From Coleofasciculus sp. B1-GNL1-01 (GTDB lineage: Bacteria > Cyanobacteriota > Cyanobacteriia > Cyanobacteriales > Coleofasciculaceae), in assembly GCA_040220235.1 (NCBI GenBank), contig JAVJTO010000040.1: 55,189 nt of DNA; one strand, written 5' to 3'. Below the pieces are notes generated by a model, which worked only from the letters and a program-made list of their open reading frames with translations, did not search any database and had not been told where the DNA came from. The first letter of the stretch is position 1, and the number at the start of each line of letters is the position of its first letter. Below are positions 1 through 9,348 of the stretch, one piece after another. Both the position numbers and the translations under genes were made by a program.

Positions 1-41
1 CCTTGCCGTAGTGCGTTTAGCGAAGCCATGCCGCAGGCTTT

Positions 42-209
42 GCATCTTGCTCGCTACATTGAGCATCTTGCTCGCTACATTGAGCATCTTGCTCGCTACA
101 TTGAGCATCTTGCTCGCTACATTGAGCATCTTGCTCGCTACATCAAGCATCTTGCTCGCTACATCAAGCATCTTGCTCGCTACATCAAGCATCTTGCTCG
201 CTACATCAA
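42..209. repeat. Tandem array of 8 x 21-bp units (GCATCTTGCTCGCTACATTGA x4, then ...CATCAA x4)
   Basis: Directly visible; no spacers. Unit junctions form the imperfect palindrome (G/A)AGCA-TCT-TGCTC. Confidence 0.95.
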
Positions 210-280
210 GGCTTTGAGTAGCATGGACATTGGCTCATCTTCAAGGACATAAGGTAAAACCCTTTCATACCCCAGCTCCC

Positions 281-304
281 AGACGCGCCATGGCGCGTCT
301 CTAC
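281..304. repeat. REP-like palindrome (AGACGCGCCATGGCGCGTCTCTAC family)
   Basis: Same family at 8018-8045, 32591-32618, about 34664 and about 45960. Confidence 0.85.
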
Positions 305-365
305 ATTGCTTCCCCTGCTCTCTACCCCACCACAAGACTTATTCATCAGCCCCGACTTAGCCGAG

Positions 366-878
366 TCATTCTTGCATCAACTCATTCTCACTACTCTGCG
401 ATAAAGATGTGCTGATTTGGCGACCAATTTCTCGCTCTCTGGGAATCTCAACCTCCTCACTACTTTCATCTGTATTCCCATCATTAGGATTAGAACGTAA
501 TGGGTTTATTTTAAAAATCTCTGGAGTGGCGAGAATGAATGAACGGCTTGTCTGAGCCATTGCATTGTCAGGTTCAATGTTCAGAACTCGCTCAAAGCAG
601 GATAGCGCGTCGTTGTAGCGCCTCATCGTACAGTAGGTTGTACCTTTGTTGTACCAAAGGTCAGCAACATCGGGATTAATTTGAATCGCTTTATTGTAAC
701 AGTCAATCGCGGCTTCGTACCGTTTCAATTGCTCTAGGCAGATTCCTTGGTAAACCCAGGCGGGAATAAAGTCAGGTTTAATATCAATCGCGTTTTGGAA
801 GCAGGTGAGTGCTTCTGTATAGTTTTTCTCATCTTGGAGTGTCACACCTTGATTAAACCAAGTTTCGTATTCGCTCAT
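366..878 (-). CDS. Tetratricopeptide repeat (TPR) protein
   Basis: About three TPR motifs (WFNQG..., AWVYQG..., LWYNKG...). AGGAG RBS precedes ATG 878; the ORF-track start at 911 is less likely. Confidence 0.85.
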   Translation of the reverse strand: MSEYETWFNQGVTLQDEKNYTEALTCFQNAIDIKPDFIPAWVYQGICLEQLKRYEAAIDCYNKAIQINPDVADLWYNKGTTYCTMRRYNDALSCFERVLNIEPDNAMAQTSRSFILATPEIFKINPLRSNPNDGNTDESSEEVEIPREREIGRQISTSLSQSSENELMQE

Positions 879-1111
879 AGTTGTTAACTCCTGCCTAATT
901 TTCCCAGGCATCTGGACAAGGGTGAAATGTAAGGCTCAGTTGTCCCAGTCTATACTCAACGCCTTTGCCAAAGCTATAATTAGCCTAACGCCAATAGAGA
1001 ATAAGTTCTAGCAGGCTGAAGATACTGAAATTGCCCACGGTGTTACCTTGTAAACCCCAATCCATCGTCGTTAAAGGTTGGTAGGCTCACTGGACAACTC
1101 TTGAACGTGAG

Positions 1112-3337
1112 ATGAAAGATAATCAGATCGAGGAGCTAATAGAACTGCTATACAGGACTCAGGATGAGTCCACCCGCTGGCGAGCTGCTGTAAGCCTAGA
1201 GAAAATCGACCCAGGCAACCCAAAGGTAATCGAGGCACTCATACAAGTGCTGGACAGGACTCAGGATGAGAAAACCCGCAGGCGAGCTGCTGTAAGCCTA
1301 GAGAAAATTGGCACAGGCAACCCAAAGGTGATTGAGGCATTCATCAAAGTGCTAGACACAACTCAGGATGAATTGACCCGCAGGCGAGCTGCTGAAAGCC
1401 TAGGGAAAATCAACCCAGGCAACCCAAAGGTAATCAAGGCACTCATACAACTGCTAGATACCAGTCGGAAAGTACCCACTCGTCAACAAGCCGTCGCCAT
1501 CCTGGAAAAAATCGGTATTGGCAATCCAAAAGCTATTGCAGGACTCAGAAACTTGCAGCACCATCGCAATCCTTACACCCGTTTGCTCGTCACTGAACTC
1601 CTACCGAAAATCACGGCTCTTACGCAATCAGAAACTCAACAAATCGAGGATGACCTACTCCTGTTTCTACAAGAAACGCGAGTTAAAGACACCGTTGATC
1701 GCTATTTTTCTACTAATAACCCCAAAAAGGCAAAATTTTGTTACCATCGCATCATTGCCTGCTTAGATAAACTGCAAGAAGGTCGAGATATTATCACCCG
1801 ACGTTCTTTACTAAACTCCTACTTAGACATCTATCAACGGATTGTTGATTTCTCAATTAAAACAGGTGACTTAAACCGGGCATTTTTCTATATAGAACTT
1901 TTTCGGAATCGATATCTAGTCGAGCGAATCGCCCAACACTATGCCCCCTTGCCAAATACGGTGACACCAGAGCTATCGGCACAAATTAACCAGGCAAAAG
2001 TAACTGAAAAGAAACAATTACAGGACTACACGAACGGAATTAATCAGAACTTAGACGAGCAGCAACTCAAACAACTAGAGATTCGCTGGCAAGACGCCAA
2101 AAAAGCCTTAGAAACCCTTTATGCTCAAGTCGCTGTTATCGAACCTGAGTTTATTGCCAAGACAAAAGTATCCCCTCTATCCTTCCGACAAATTCAGTCT
2201 GTACTCCCATCCGATACAGCCATTCTGGAATTCTTCTTTACCGCCAACAAACTCCTAACATTATTAATTTTACCTGGAGCTAACTCTCCTAAATCCATTC
2301 CAGTAAAACTCAACCCCAAATCCATCGCCGCACTCGCTCAAGCTTGGGTATCCGGCATTACGACGAAAACACCATCAAAGGAAAAAGAAGACATTAACGC
2401 AACCATCCAAACCCTCTCTGAGCAAATCAATCAAATTTCCGATTCCCTCAACTTGTCAACCTTACTCCCCCACATTCCCGCTCAGATTCAGCACTTAATC
2501 ATTGTCCCTCATAAATACTTACACCTTTTCCCCCTTCATGCCTTGTGGTTAAATGACCACCAGCGACTCATTGACCGCTTTGCCGTCAGTTATTTTCCCA
2601 ACCTCCAAACCTGGAAAATATGCCAAAACCGCCAACGTTCTTGTCATTCCTTAATGGGCATAGAAAATCCCACCCAAGACAAAGATTTAATCTTTGCCAA
2701 AGCGGAAATGGCAAGTATCCGCCAACGTCAACAATTTATTCACCGGAAAATTTTCCCAGGCAAACAAGCCTCAAAAGCTGAAATTTTACACTCCGCAACT
2801 GATACCCATTGCTTCCATTTTTCAGGTCATGCCGAATACAACTTCCAGAATCCCCTCGACTCCTATCTGATGTTATCGGAAAACAGCGCAGAGAATCTCA
2901 CCCTCAATACCATTTTCGCCGACCTGCATATCCCCCAAGCCGATTTAGTCACCCTTTCCGCCTGCTGCACAGGTGTTGTCGATGCCTTTCAACCCCTGGA
3001 AGAATATTTAGGACTTCCCACTGGCTTTTTGCTGGCAGGTGCAAAAGCCGTTATCGGTAGTCAGTGGAAAGTTAACTCTATCGCCACCGCCTTTATTTTT
3101 GATGAGTTCTATCGCCAACTCGAACAAACCGGGAATAAAGCCATCGCCCTGAAAAATGCCCAGAACTGGCTGCGTCGCTGCACGGCTGATGAATTGCGAG
3201 AACGAGCAAGCACCTGGGATTTGAGTAAACTAGAGATCACAGAAAGAATTCGTTTGGATGCAGCACTCTATTCCCTAGAAGGCATCCCCTTTGAGAATCC
3301 TTACTATTGGGCGGCGTTTATATTGACAGGATGTTAG
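1112..3337 (+). CDS. HEAT-repeat + CHAT (caspase-like) cysteine protease
   Basis: Four 34-aa HEAT/PBS-like repeats at the N-terminus; CHAT motifs HFSGHA (His), LSACCTG (Cys), GSQWKV and PYYWAAF. Confidence 0.9.
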   Translation: MKDNQIEELIELLYRTQDESTRWRAAVSLEKIDPGNPKVIEALIQVLDRTQDEKTRRRAAVSLEKIGTGNPKVIEAFIKVLDTTQDELTRRRAAESLGKINPGNPKVIKALIQLLDTSRKVPTRQQAVAILEKIGIGNPKAIAGLRNLQHHRNPYTRLLVTELLPKITALTQSETQQIEDDLLLFLQETRVKDTVDRYFSTNNPKKAKFCYHRIIACLDKLQEGRDIITRRSLLNSYLDIYQRIVDFSIKTGDLNRAFFYIELFRNRYLVERIAQHYAPLPNTVTPELSAQINQAKVTEKKQLQDYTNGINQNLDEQQLKQLEIRWQDAKKALETLYAQVAVIEPEFIAKTKVSPLSFRQIQSVLPSDTAILEFFFTANKLLTLLILPGANSPKSIPVKLNPKSIAALAQAWVSGITTKTPSKEKEDINATIQTLSEQINQISDSLNLSTLLPHIPAQIQHLIIVPHKYLHLFPLHALWLNDHQRLIDRFAVSYFPNLQTWKICQNRQRSCHSLMGIENPTQDKDLIFAKAEMASIRQRQQFIHRKIFPGKQASKAEILHSATDTHCFHFSGHAEYNFQNPLDSYLMLSENSAENLTLNTIFADLHIPQADLVTLSACCTGVVDAFQPLEEYLGLPTGFLLAGAKAVIGSQWKVNSIATAFIFDEFYRQLEQTGNKAIALKNAQNWLRRCTADELRERASTWDLSKLEITERIRLDAALYSLEGIPFENPYYWAAFILTGC

Positions 3338-3340
3338 AAC

Positions 3341-3799
3341 ATGGATAACGAACATATCATAATTTGCCAAGCTTTTGGTCAACTGCTAGAAAATTCAACG
3401 ACTGAACTGGAGGAAAAACTAACGACCAACACTCGTGTTGCTATTGCAAGACACTTAACACAGTTACCTGATGAAGACCGTTCTAATCCGTTGATAATGG
3501 CAAAAAATATAGGAGAGTTTTGCTACAGACCTGGGCATGAAAATTTAAAAAAATGGCTGTTACGTCTCTACAATAGGTTAGGTACTGACGATATCCAAAA
3601 GCTCGTCAAAAAAATAAATGATCCGGGTGAAGGAGCTGATGCACCGCCTGAAACCAAGAGAATACTGATAAACGAAGGGCGTGATATCTGCCAATATCTG
3701 CAAAACTGGGCAACTCAACAGTTAAATCAAACCAATCAGCGCAATAATCCCCCGGTACAAGGTCAAGGTAAACCAGGAAATCAAAATGCTGCCAACTGA
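3341..3799 (+). CDS. Hypothetical protein, tightly linked downstream of the CHAT protease
   Basis: 152-aa ORF whose ATG follows the CHAT stop after a 3-nt gap; helical, with a Q/N-rich tail. Confidence 0.75.
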   Translation: MDNEHIIICQAFGQLLENSTTELEEKLTTNTRVAIARHLTQLPDEDRSNPLIMAKNIGEFCYRPGHENLKKWLLRLYNRLGTDDIQKLVKKINDPGEGADAPPETKRILINEGRDICQYLQNWATQQLNQTNQRNNPPVQGQGKPGNQNAAN

Positions 3800-4156
3800 C
3801 ATCCGATACTGGACAATTAGACATCACAGTTACCCCAACCCAACCCACCTGTGCGGGGTTAAACTCTCTGAATTATTCATAACTTGTATCAGCAGACTTC
3901 ATTTATATAGGGTTTGCAGCACAACTCCAGAACCCTTAGCCATCAATGCTTTAAGCCGTAGAGAAAGTTGTTTATCTTCAAGGAAATGTGAGACTATCCA
4001 TCAAAACTATGGCGAGAGAATCACCGAAAATGTACCCTTGCTCCCCCTGCTCCCTCCGCTTCCCCTGCTTCCCCTGCTCTATTCCCCCACCACAAGACTT
4101 ATTCAGCAGTCCCTATATAATCCCAGACCTTAAGTCTGAGGACAACCGATTTAACC

Positions 4157-5584
4157 ATGAATCCCACCCAAACCAGTACCACCATTAAACTTTTATCCCC
4201 CACGCTGCACCTCTATCATTACGTGCTGCGAAATAGCCTCAACGAACGCCCAGAAACCACAGACAAGCGGCGGCAATTCTTCCAAGAAAACCTACAAAAC
4301 CTCTCCACCCACCTCACCAGCAGCACCAATAAACGGGCATCAGATTTCGTTCAACTCATCCCCATTGAACAAGAATTAGCCCCCTCTGGAAACGTCCTCG
4401 ATTTCACCACTGTTCCGCCAGAATGCCAAAAACCCAACAATGACCGACTGTATTTAGAGACAGGAATTATTCACAGTCGCCTAGTCGCACGTCGCCTCAA
4501 TGACACCTACCTGCTGCGCTTCACCAGCTACGTTCCCTCAATTCACCAAGAACAAGCCCTACCCATCTTTGCGAATCTAGGTGAACATATTGCCAACTTA
4601 CCTCTGGAACTCGGACAAACCGTCATCCTGGGCGGAATTTTACCTAATTCCTACTATTCCCCTAGTGATATTCCCCAAATCGCCGCCAATTGTCTCAGTC
4701 ACTACTATGGCACACCCATTGACCCAAACAATCTGAGAGTTGAGGAATTTTTAAACAGCCCATTTTGTATTCACGCCCAACCCGTTACTATCCAAAAATT
4801 TAATAACTATGCTATCGAATCCATCCATCTAAGCTGTGTTTTCCTCTATCAAGACCCAACCATTGAGCAGCAAGCCGATAAAGTGTATCGCATCTTCCAA
4901 GATATGCTACTCAGTTATCATAAAATTCACTTTTTCCATTCCCAAAGCATTATCTTAAAAAAGATCCTCAGTCAACAGTACGAAGCTATCGAACGACTCA
5001 CCGAGGACTACAATCAACACAAATGGGATAGTCAATCCCTGAAAAAGCTACCGCAAGACTCTCTGGACTATTATAAAAAGCTCTCTTTTCTACAAGACCA
5101 ATCTAAAACCGTTGGCGTCAACCTTAAGAATTATCAAGAATGTCTCCGACAAATTCAACAGCAAACCGGACAGACCCCACCGCAATTTTTCACAGAATTC
5201 GAGCAAGAGATTAGCTTTTACCGGGAACAAATGGAAGCAAATATTGGTTTTCTAAGTCCCGGTATTCAACTCTATGAGAAACTCATGCTGAGTGTACAAA
5301 CCCAAGTGAGTATTGATGAAGCCGCCCATCAAAATCAGCAGAATCAACAACAAGCGAAACTGGGACAAATTTTAGCAGGTGTGGGTGCTGCCATTGGCGT
5401 CGGTCAAATTATTGAAGCCCCCATCACCGCCACAGTTTCTCACCGTCTGGATAAAGGTAAACCTGAACCCTCAATCGCAAGTTCTTGGATTGGGGCATCA
5501 TTGAGTGTTCTTCTCAGTATTGGCATTGGTTATTGTATCAGTTTAGCCGTTTATCGATGGTTTACTCAGTATTCAACTAAGTGA
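4157..5584 (+). CDS. Hypothetical membrane protein: globular N-terminus, long helical stalk, two C-terminal TM helices (CorA/CATRA-like architecture)
   Basis: 475 aa; Q/E-rich heptads followed by hydrophobic segments LGQILAGVGAAIGVGQII and WIGASLSVLLSIGIGYCISLAVY. Confidence 0.75.
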   Translation: MNPTQTSTTIKLLSPTLHLYHYVLRNSLNERPETTDKRRQFFQENLQNLSTHLTSSTNKRASDFVQLIPIEQELAPSGNVLDFTTVPPECQKPNNDRLYLETGIIHSRLVARRLNDTYLLRFTSYVPSIHQEQALPIFANLGEHIANLPLELGQTVILGGILPNSYYSPSDIPQIAANCLSHYYGTPIDPNNLRVEEFLNSPFCIHAQPVTIQKFNNYAIESIHLSCVFLYQDPTIEQQADKVYRIFQDMLLSYHKIHFFHSQSIILKKILSQQYEAIERLTEDYNQHKWDSQSLKKLPQDSLDYYKKLSFLQDQSKTVGVNLKNYQECLRQIQQQTGQTPPQFFTEFEQEISFYREQMEANIGFLSPGIQLYEKLMLSVQTQVSIDEAAHQNQQNQQQAKLGQILAGVGAAIGVGQIIEAPITATVSHRLDKGKPEPSIASSWIGASLSVLLSIGIGYCISLAVYRWFTQYSTK

Positions 5585-5648
5585 GGTACATAGACAGATC
5601 CCCGACTTCTCCAAGAAGTCGGGGATCTTGCTTAAAAGACTGTACCTC
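5583..5648. terminator. Palindromic repeat, probable bidirectional terminator between convergent genes
   Basis: 15-bp perfect stem AGATCCCCGACTTCT-cca-AGAAGTCGGGGATCT (5596-5628), nested within GAGGTACA...TGTACCTC. Confidence 0.6.
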
Positions 5649-5708
5649 ATCAACCAGCAAATCTGCTGTACATGTCTATTGGCTGCTCAACTTTGTGATC
5701 GACTGACA

Positions 5709-6230
5709 TTAGTTACCTTGTACATCTAATTCTTGAAAGACGTCCCTAGCAACAACCATGGCATTGATCGCCTTAGGAAATCCTGCATAAACCGACATTT
5801 GGGTAATCAGTTCGATGATTTCTTGACGAGTACAGCCAACATTTAATGCACCTTGAATATGAAATTTTAGCTGGGGTTGGGCATCGCCTAGTACAGTGAG
5901 AGCGGCAACAGTGGCAATTTGTCTCAATTTTATATCGAGTCCTGGGCGTGATAAAACATCGCCATAACCAAATTCGATGGCAAATCGCATCAAATCAGGT
6001 GAAATGTCTCTGAGACTGTCGCGAGAGCGTTCATATCCGGCTTGGTTAACTTGCTCGATCAGTGATAAGCCTGTTTGAAATCGGTTTGGGGTTGCGATCG
6101 CGTCTTCCTGAGCCAGTGCGCTTTCAGGAACGACATTCAGACTGGATTTGAAGCCGCCACCAATCCAGATGCTGGTGATTAAAGCTGTGCTGATCAAAAT
6201 CGCCAAAACTCTCTGGAGTTTCATTTGCAT
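5709..6230 (-). CDS. Carboxymuconolactone decarboxylase (CMD/AhpD-like) family protein with an N-terminal signal peptide
   Basis: Motifs FGYGDVLSRPGLD, QLKFHIQGALNVG and YAGFP; hydrophobic N-terminus ending in ALA-Q. Confidence 0.85.
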   Translation of the reverse strand: MQMKLQRVLAILISTALITSIWIGGGFKSSLNVVPESALAQEDAIATPNRFQTGLSLIEQVNQAGYERSRDSLRDISPDLMRFAIEFGYGDVLSRPGLDIKLRQIATVAALTVLGDAQPQLKFHIQGALNVGCTRQEIIELITQMSVYAGFPKAINAMVVARDVFQELDVQGN

Positions 6231-6343
6231 CTCCTAAACCGCAGATTTAATTGATTAAGTAATGACCTCATTCTATATTCATGATTAAAATAATAACAAT
6301 AGCGTTTTTGATCACGACTCTCGTGCAAAAAAAGCAATAATCC

Positions 6344-7264
6344 ATGAGCCGCCAACAAGATTTAGACGTGTTTGTGCAAGTCGTCAAAAGCGGCAGTTTT
6401 GCCAAAGCTGCTGATGAACTGCAACTGAATCCCTCGGCTGTGAGCCGCCGAATTAGCCATTTGGAACAACGACTGGGGGTGCAATTGTTGAATCGCACGA
6501 CTCGCCGCTTAAGCTTGACTGAAGTAGGAGAGCGCTATTTCAACCGTTGCCTCAGCATTTTGGCAGACATTGAAGAAGCCGAGCGAGAAGCCAGACAATA
6601 CAGTCAGCAACCGCAAGGTACTCTGTATGTAAGTTGTTCTACCTATTTTGCCTATCGCTTTTTACTGACAAAAATTCCGCCGTTTCTCGAACAATATCCC
6701 CAGATTTCTCTCAAATTAATCCTGACCGATGATGTTGTCGATTTGGTGACCGATGGAATTGATGTTGCCATTCGCATTGGAGAACTTGCTGATGCCTCAC
6801 TGATGACTAAAAAATTAATCAGCTCTCGTCGCATTATTTGCGCTGCGCCCAAGTATCTTGATCGTTATGGTATACCCAAAACACCTGACGAGCTAGCCGA
6901 TCACAATTGCCTCAGTTTAAATGCCCAAAAAACGACCCTGAACCAGTGGCGATTTCGCGACGCCTCTGGACAACGAGAGATTCGAGTACGGGGAAACTTT
7001 GAAGTCAATAGTGGTCAAGCCCTTTACGAGGCGATTTTAGCAGGAGGAGGCATCGGTCGGGTCATACAAGTTCTATCTCAACGGGAACTGACATCGGGTC
7101 AGCTAGTGCATCTGCTCAAGGAGTATGAGGCGGATAATGATGTGGGAATTTATGCGGTATTTCCTGCTCAACGTTATCTACTGCCCAAAGTTCAATATTT
7201 TGTGGAATTTTTAGCCAAGAGTTTTTCCCAGGATGTGACAAGCTTGAGCATCCTGAAGGCATAA
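6344..7264 (+). CDS. LysR-family transcriptional regulator (CrgA/DmlR-like)
   Basis: N-terminal HTH (GSFAKAADEL..PSAVSRRISHLE, LLNRTTR); divergent from the CMD gene. Confidence 0.95.
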   Translation: MSRQQDLDVFVQVVKSGSFAKAADELQLNPSAVSRRISHLEQRLGVQLLNRTTRRLSLTEVGERYFNRCLSILADIEEAEREARQYSQQPQGTLYVSCSTYFAYRFLLTKIPPFLEQYPQISLKLILTDDVVDLVTDGIDVAIRIGELADASLMTKKLISSRRIICAAPKYLDRYGIPKTPDELADHNCLSLNAQKTTLNQWRFRDASGQREIRVRGNFEVNSGQALYEAILAGGGIGRVIQVLSQRELTSGQLVHLLKEYEADNDVGIYAVFPAQRYLLPKVQYFVEFLAKSFSQDVTSLSILKA

Positions 7265-7345
7265 TCCTTATAGGGGGGCAAGGCAGATACGTATCTGAGA
7301 TTTCCGGCTGGGGTGTGTGATAGTTTTTAGCGATCGCGCCCACAG

Positions 7346-7978
7346 CTACTGACTCAACCATGCGATCGCGCGTCGAATCCATTCCTCGGCGTTGGGGTTT
7401 TTCGCCAGCAGTGCATCCTGACTAATCGCGTTCAGCGCCTGCGTAATTTCGGCGGTTTCATACCCTAGGGCTAATAGGGTCATTTCCACATCTTCTAAAA
7501 TAGCGGGGGAGGGTCCCGTTGCACTGGCTGGGGTTTCCACACCCGCGAATTTTCGCCATTCAGATAACTTGGTTTTCAATTCTAAGGCGATACGTTCAGC
7601 GGTTTTGCTACCCACTCCCGGTGTTTTGGCTAAGGTGCGAGTATTCCCAGTGACAATCGCCTGAACCAGATTCTGTAGTCCCAGGGTATCAATAAGTGCG
7701 ATCGCTAATTGGGCGCCAATCCCACTCACACTCACCAACTGGCGAAATAAATCCCGTTCGGCGGCGGAGGCGAAGCCATAGAGGATTTGTTGATCTTCCC
7801 GGATTTGCAGGTGAGTAAAGACTTGCACCACTTGTTCTGATCCGATCTGAACCTCTTGGGATAGCTGTCGAGTAATTTGCACCTCATACCCGATTTGGTT
7901 AACCTCTAGAATCAGAGTAACTCGATTCCCATTCCCTTTCTGAATCGTCGCGACTGTTCCCTTGAGATAACTAATCAT
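7346..7978 (-). CDS. ruvA: Holliday junction branch migration protein RuvA
   Basis: MISYLKG, LYGF, HhH motifs VSGIGAQLA and PGVGSKTAERI, C-terminal ALGY. Confidence 0.97.
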   Translation of the reverse strand: MISYLKGTVATIQKGNGNRVTLILEVNQIGYEVQITRQLSQEVQIGSEQVVQVFTHLQIREDQQILYGFASAAERDLFRQLVSVSGIGAQLAIALIDTLGLQNLVQAIVTGNTRTLAKTPGVGSKTAERIALELKTKLSEWRKFAGVETPASATGPSPAILEDVEMTLLALGYETAEITQALNAISQDALLAKNPNAEEWIRRAIAWLSQ

Positions 7979-8017
7979 TAATTATAAGTATCCAAATTTA
8001 GACTGACCGTTACATCA

Positions 8018-8045
8018 GTAGAGACGCGCCATGGCGCGTCTCTAC
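8018..8045. repeat. Perfect 28-bp palindrome GTAGAGACGCGCCATGGCGCGTCTCTAC
   Basis: Directly visible. Confidence 0.9.
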
Positions 8046-8090
8046 ACTGTTGGCGATCTTCCCTGTTCCCTCTTCTCCTATCCCCAATTC

Positions 8091-8843
8091 CTAAACCAGA
8101 AACCCAAAATGATGCAGACCTTCTAATATACCATCTGCATAATGTGCCTGAGCGAAATAGTGATAATCTTTTTTGTTCTCCTCATACCATTGACGCAGTT
8201 CAGGTTTAGCATTTCCCACCAGAATACCCCGTTCTTCCCCAGCACTAAACAGGGCGATATCATTACCAGAATCACCACAGACAACGGTTTTTGTGGCGTC
8301 CATGTCCCATTTGTTACGCAGGAATTGTACCGCTAGACCTTTATCCCCTTGACGAGGTAGAATATCTAAGTCTTGACCTCCACTATAGATCAGCTTGACA
8401 TCTAATCCTTTTTCCTTTAAAGAGGATTCCAGACGGGGCAAAACCTCTGAGGAAATTTCTTCACTTACCACATAACTGACTTTAAACGGGCGCTGTTCTG
8501 TCTCAGGTTGCAGCACTAGGTCAGAATAATGGGCAGCTATAGCCACAACTGCGTCCCGGTTCCACCCCTGTGCCAACATATCCGCCCATTCTGGGTCAAA
8601 GATTTCTTCCTGCGGATTGAAGCAAATTTCGGTGCCAACTGAGGTAATCAGCGCATCCGGTGGCAGCAGGGACTTTTCGCTAGTCAGTTTCCGGTAGAGG
8701 GCAGGCGATCGCCCGGTAGCATAGACTATCTTAGTACCATAGTCTTGGCGATGCTGCTCTAACTGCTGATTCAGTTCCTTGAGGGCATCGTCATCGCCAA
8801 CTAGAGTGTTATCTAAGTCAGTTATGAATAAAAATGCAGTCAT
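8091..8843 (-). CDS. spp: Sucrose-phosphate phosphatase (HAD IIB)
   Basis: Motifs FITDLDNTLVGD, YATGRS, SVGTE and CGDSGND; start placed at MTAFLF. Confidence 0.92.
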   Translation of the reverse strand: MTAFLFITDLDNTLVGDDDALKELNQQLEQHRQDYGTKIVYATGRSPALYRKLTSEKSLLPPDALITSVGTEICFNPQEEIFDPEWADMLAQGWNRDAVVAIAAHYSDLVLQPETEQRPFKVSYVVSEEISSEVLPRLESSLKEKGLDVKLIYSGGQDLDILPRQGDKGLAVQFLRNKWDMDATKTVVCGDSGNDIALFSAGEERGILVGNAKPELRQWYEENKKDYHYFAQAHYADGILEGLHHFGFLV

Positions 8844-9243
8844 CACAATCTCGTGGATGATTAGAGTTTGCACCTGCATTATTTCGCATCAGCGTGGGAT
8901 TAGCCAAGGGCGTTTGGATAAATAATTTTAAACGTTGTTCCTTTTCCGGGTAGAGAAGTTGTCGAAATAGAGCCACCAATTTTCTTAAGTTCTGTGCGAA
9001 CAATATCCAAACCAAACTTAATCGTTCGAGTTGCTCATGCCAACGATTCGCCAGTCTATCAATACTATCTAGACCTAACATTTCTGCCTGGGCTTGAATC
9101 GACAGAACTGCACGGCATAGCCCATACACCAATTCTATGTCTTTAGAACCTGATAGCTGGAGCAAATCTTGTTCAATTCGATAGAGATGTTCCGTCGCAT
9201 GTTCAACAAATTCCTGAACCCATTGCTGTTCCTCTGATTGCAT
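8818..9243 (-). CDS. Stand-alone Hpt-like (CheA P1-like) protein, possibly degenerate
   Basis: FVEHATEHLYRIEQDLLQL resembles the CheA Hpt N-terminus, but the canonical HSIKG reads LSIQA. The 3' end overlaps spp. Confidence 0.5.
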   Translation of the reverse strand: MQSEEQQWVQEFVEHATEHLYRIEQDLLQLSGSKDIELVYGLCRAVLSIQAQAEMLGLDSIDRLANRWHEQLERLSLVWILFAQNLRKLVALFRQLLYPEKEQRLKLFIQTPLANPTLMRNNAGANSNHPRDCDDCIFIHN

Positions 9244-9348
9244 ACGTCTTCCCCTGCACCAACTCGCACCACCTTATCCGTATTATAAGCATCAATCCTT
9301 TACCGAAGAAATGATTGATTTAGGACTTACGCCAAGCCTCTATTTGTA

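Noticed and set aside
42..209. Possible CRISPR array or heptad-repeat ORFs (11-217, 28-252)
   Set aside because: The units are contiguous with no spacers and no cas genes are present; the ORFs are translations of the repeat.
3786..4188. ORFs 3786-4133 and 3988-4188 as extra members of the CHAT cluster
   Set aside because: They run through CCCCTGCT(T/C) short tandem repeats and a dispersed repeat also seen near 320-350; the composition is not protein-like.
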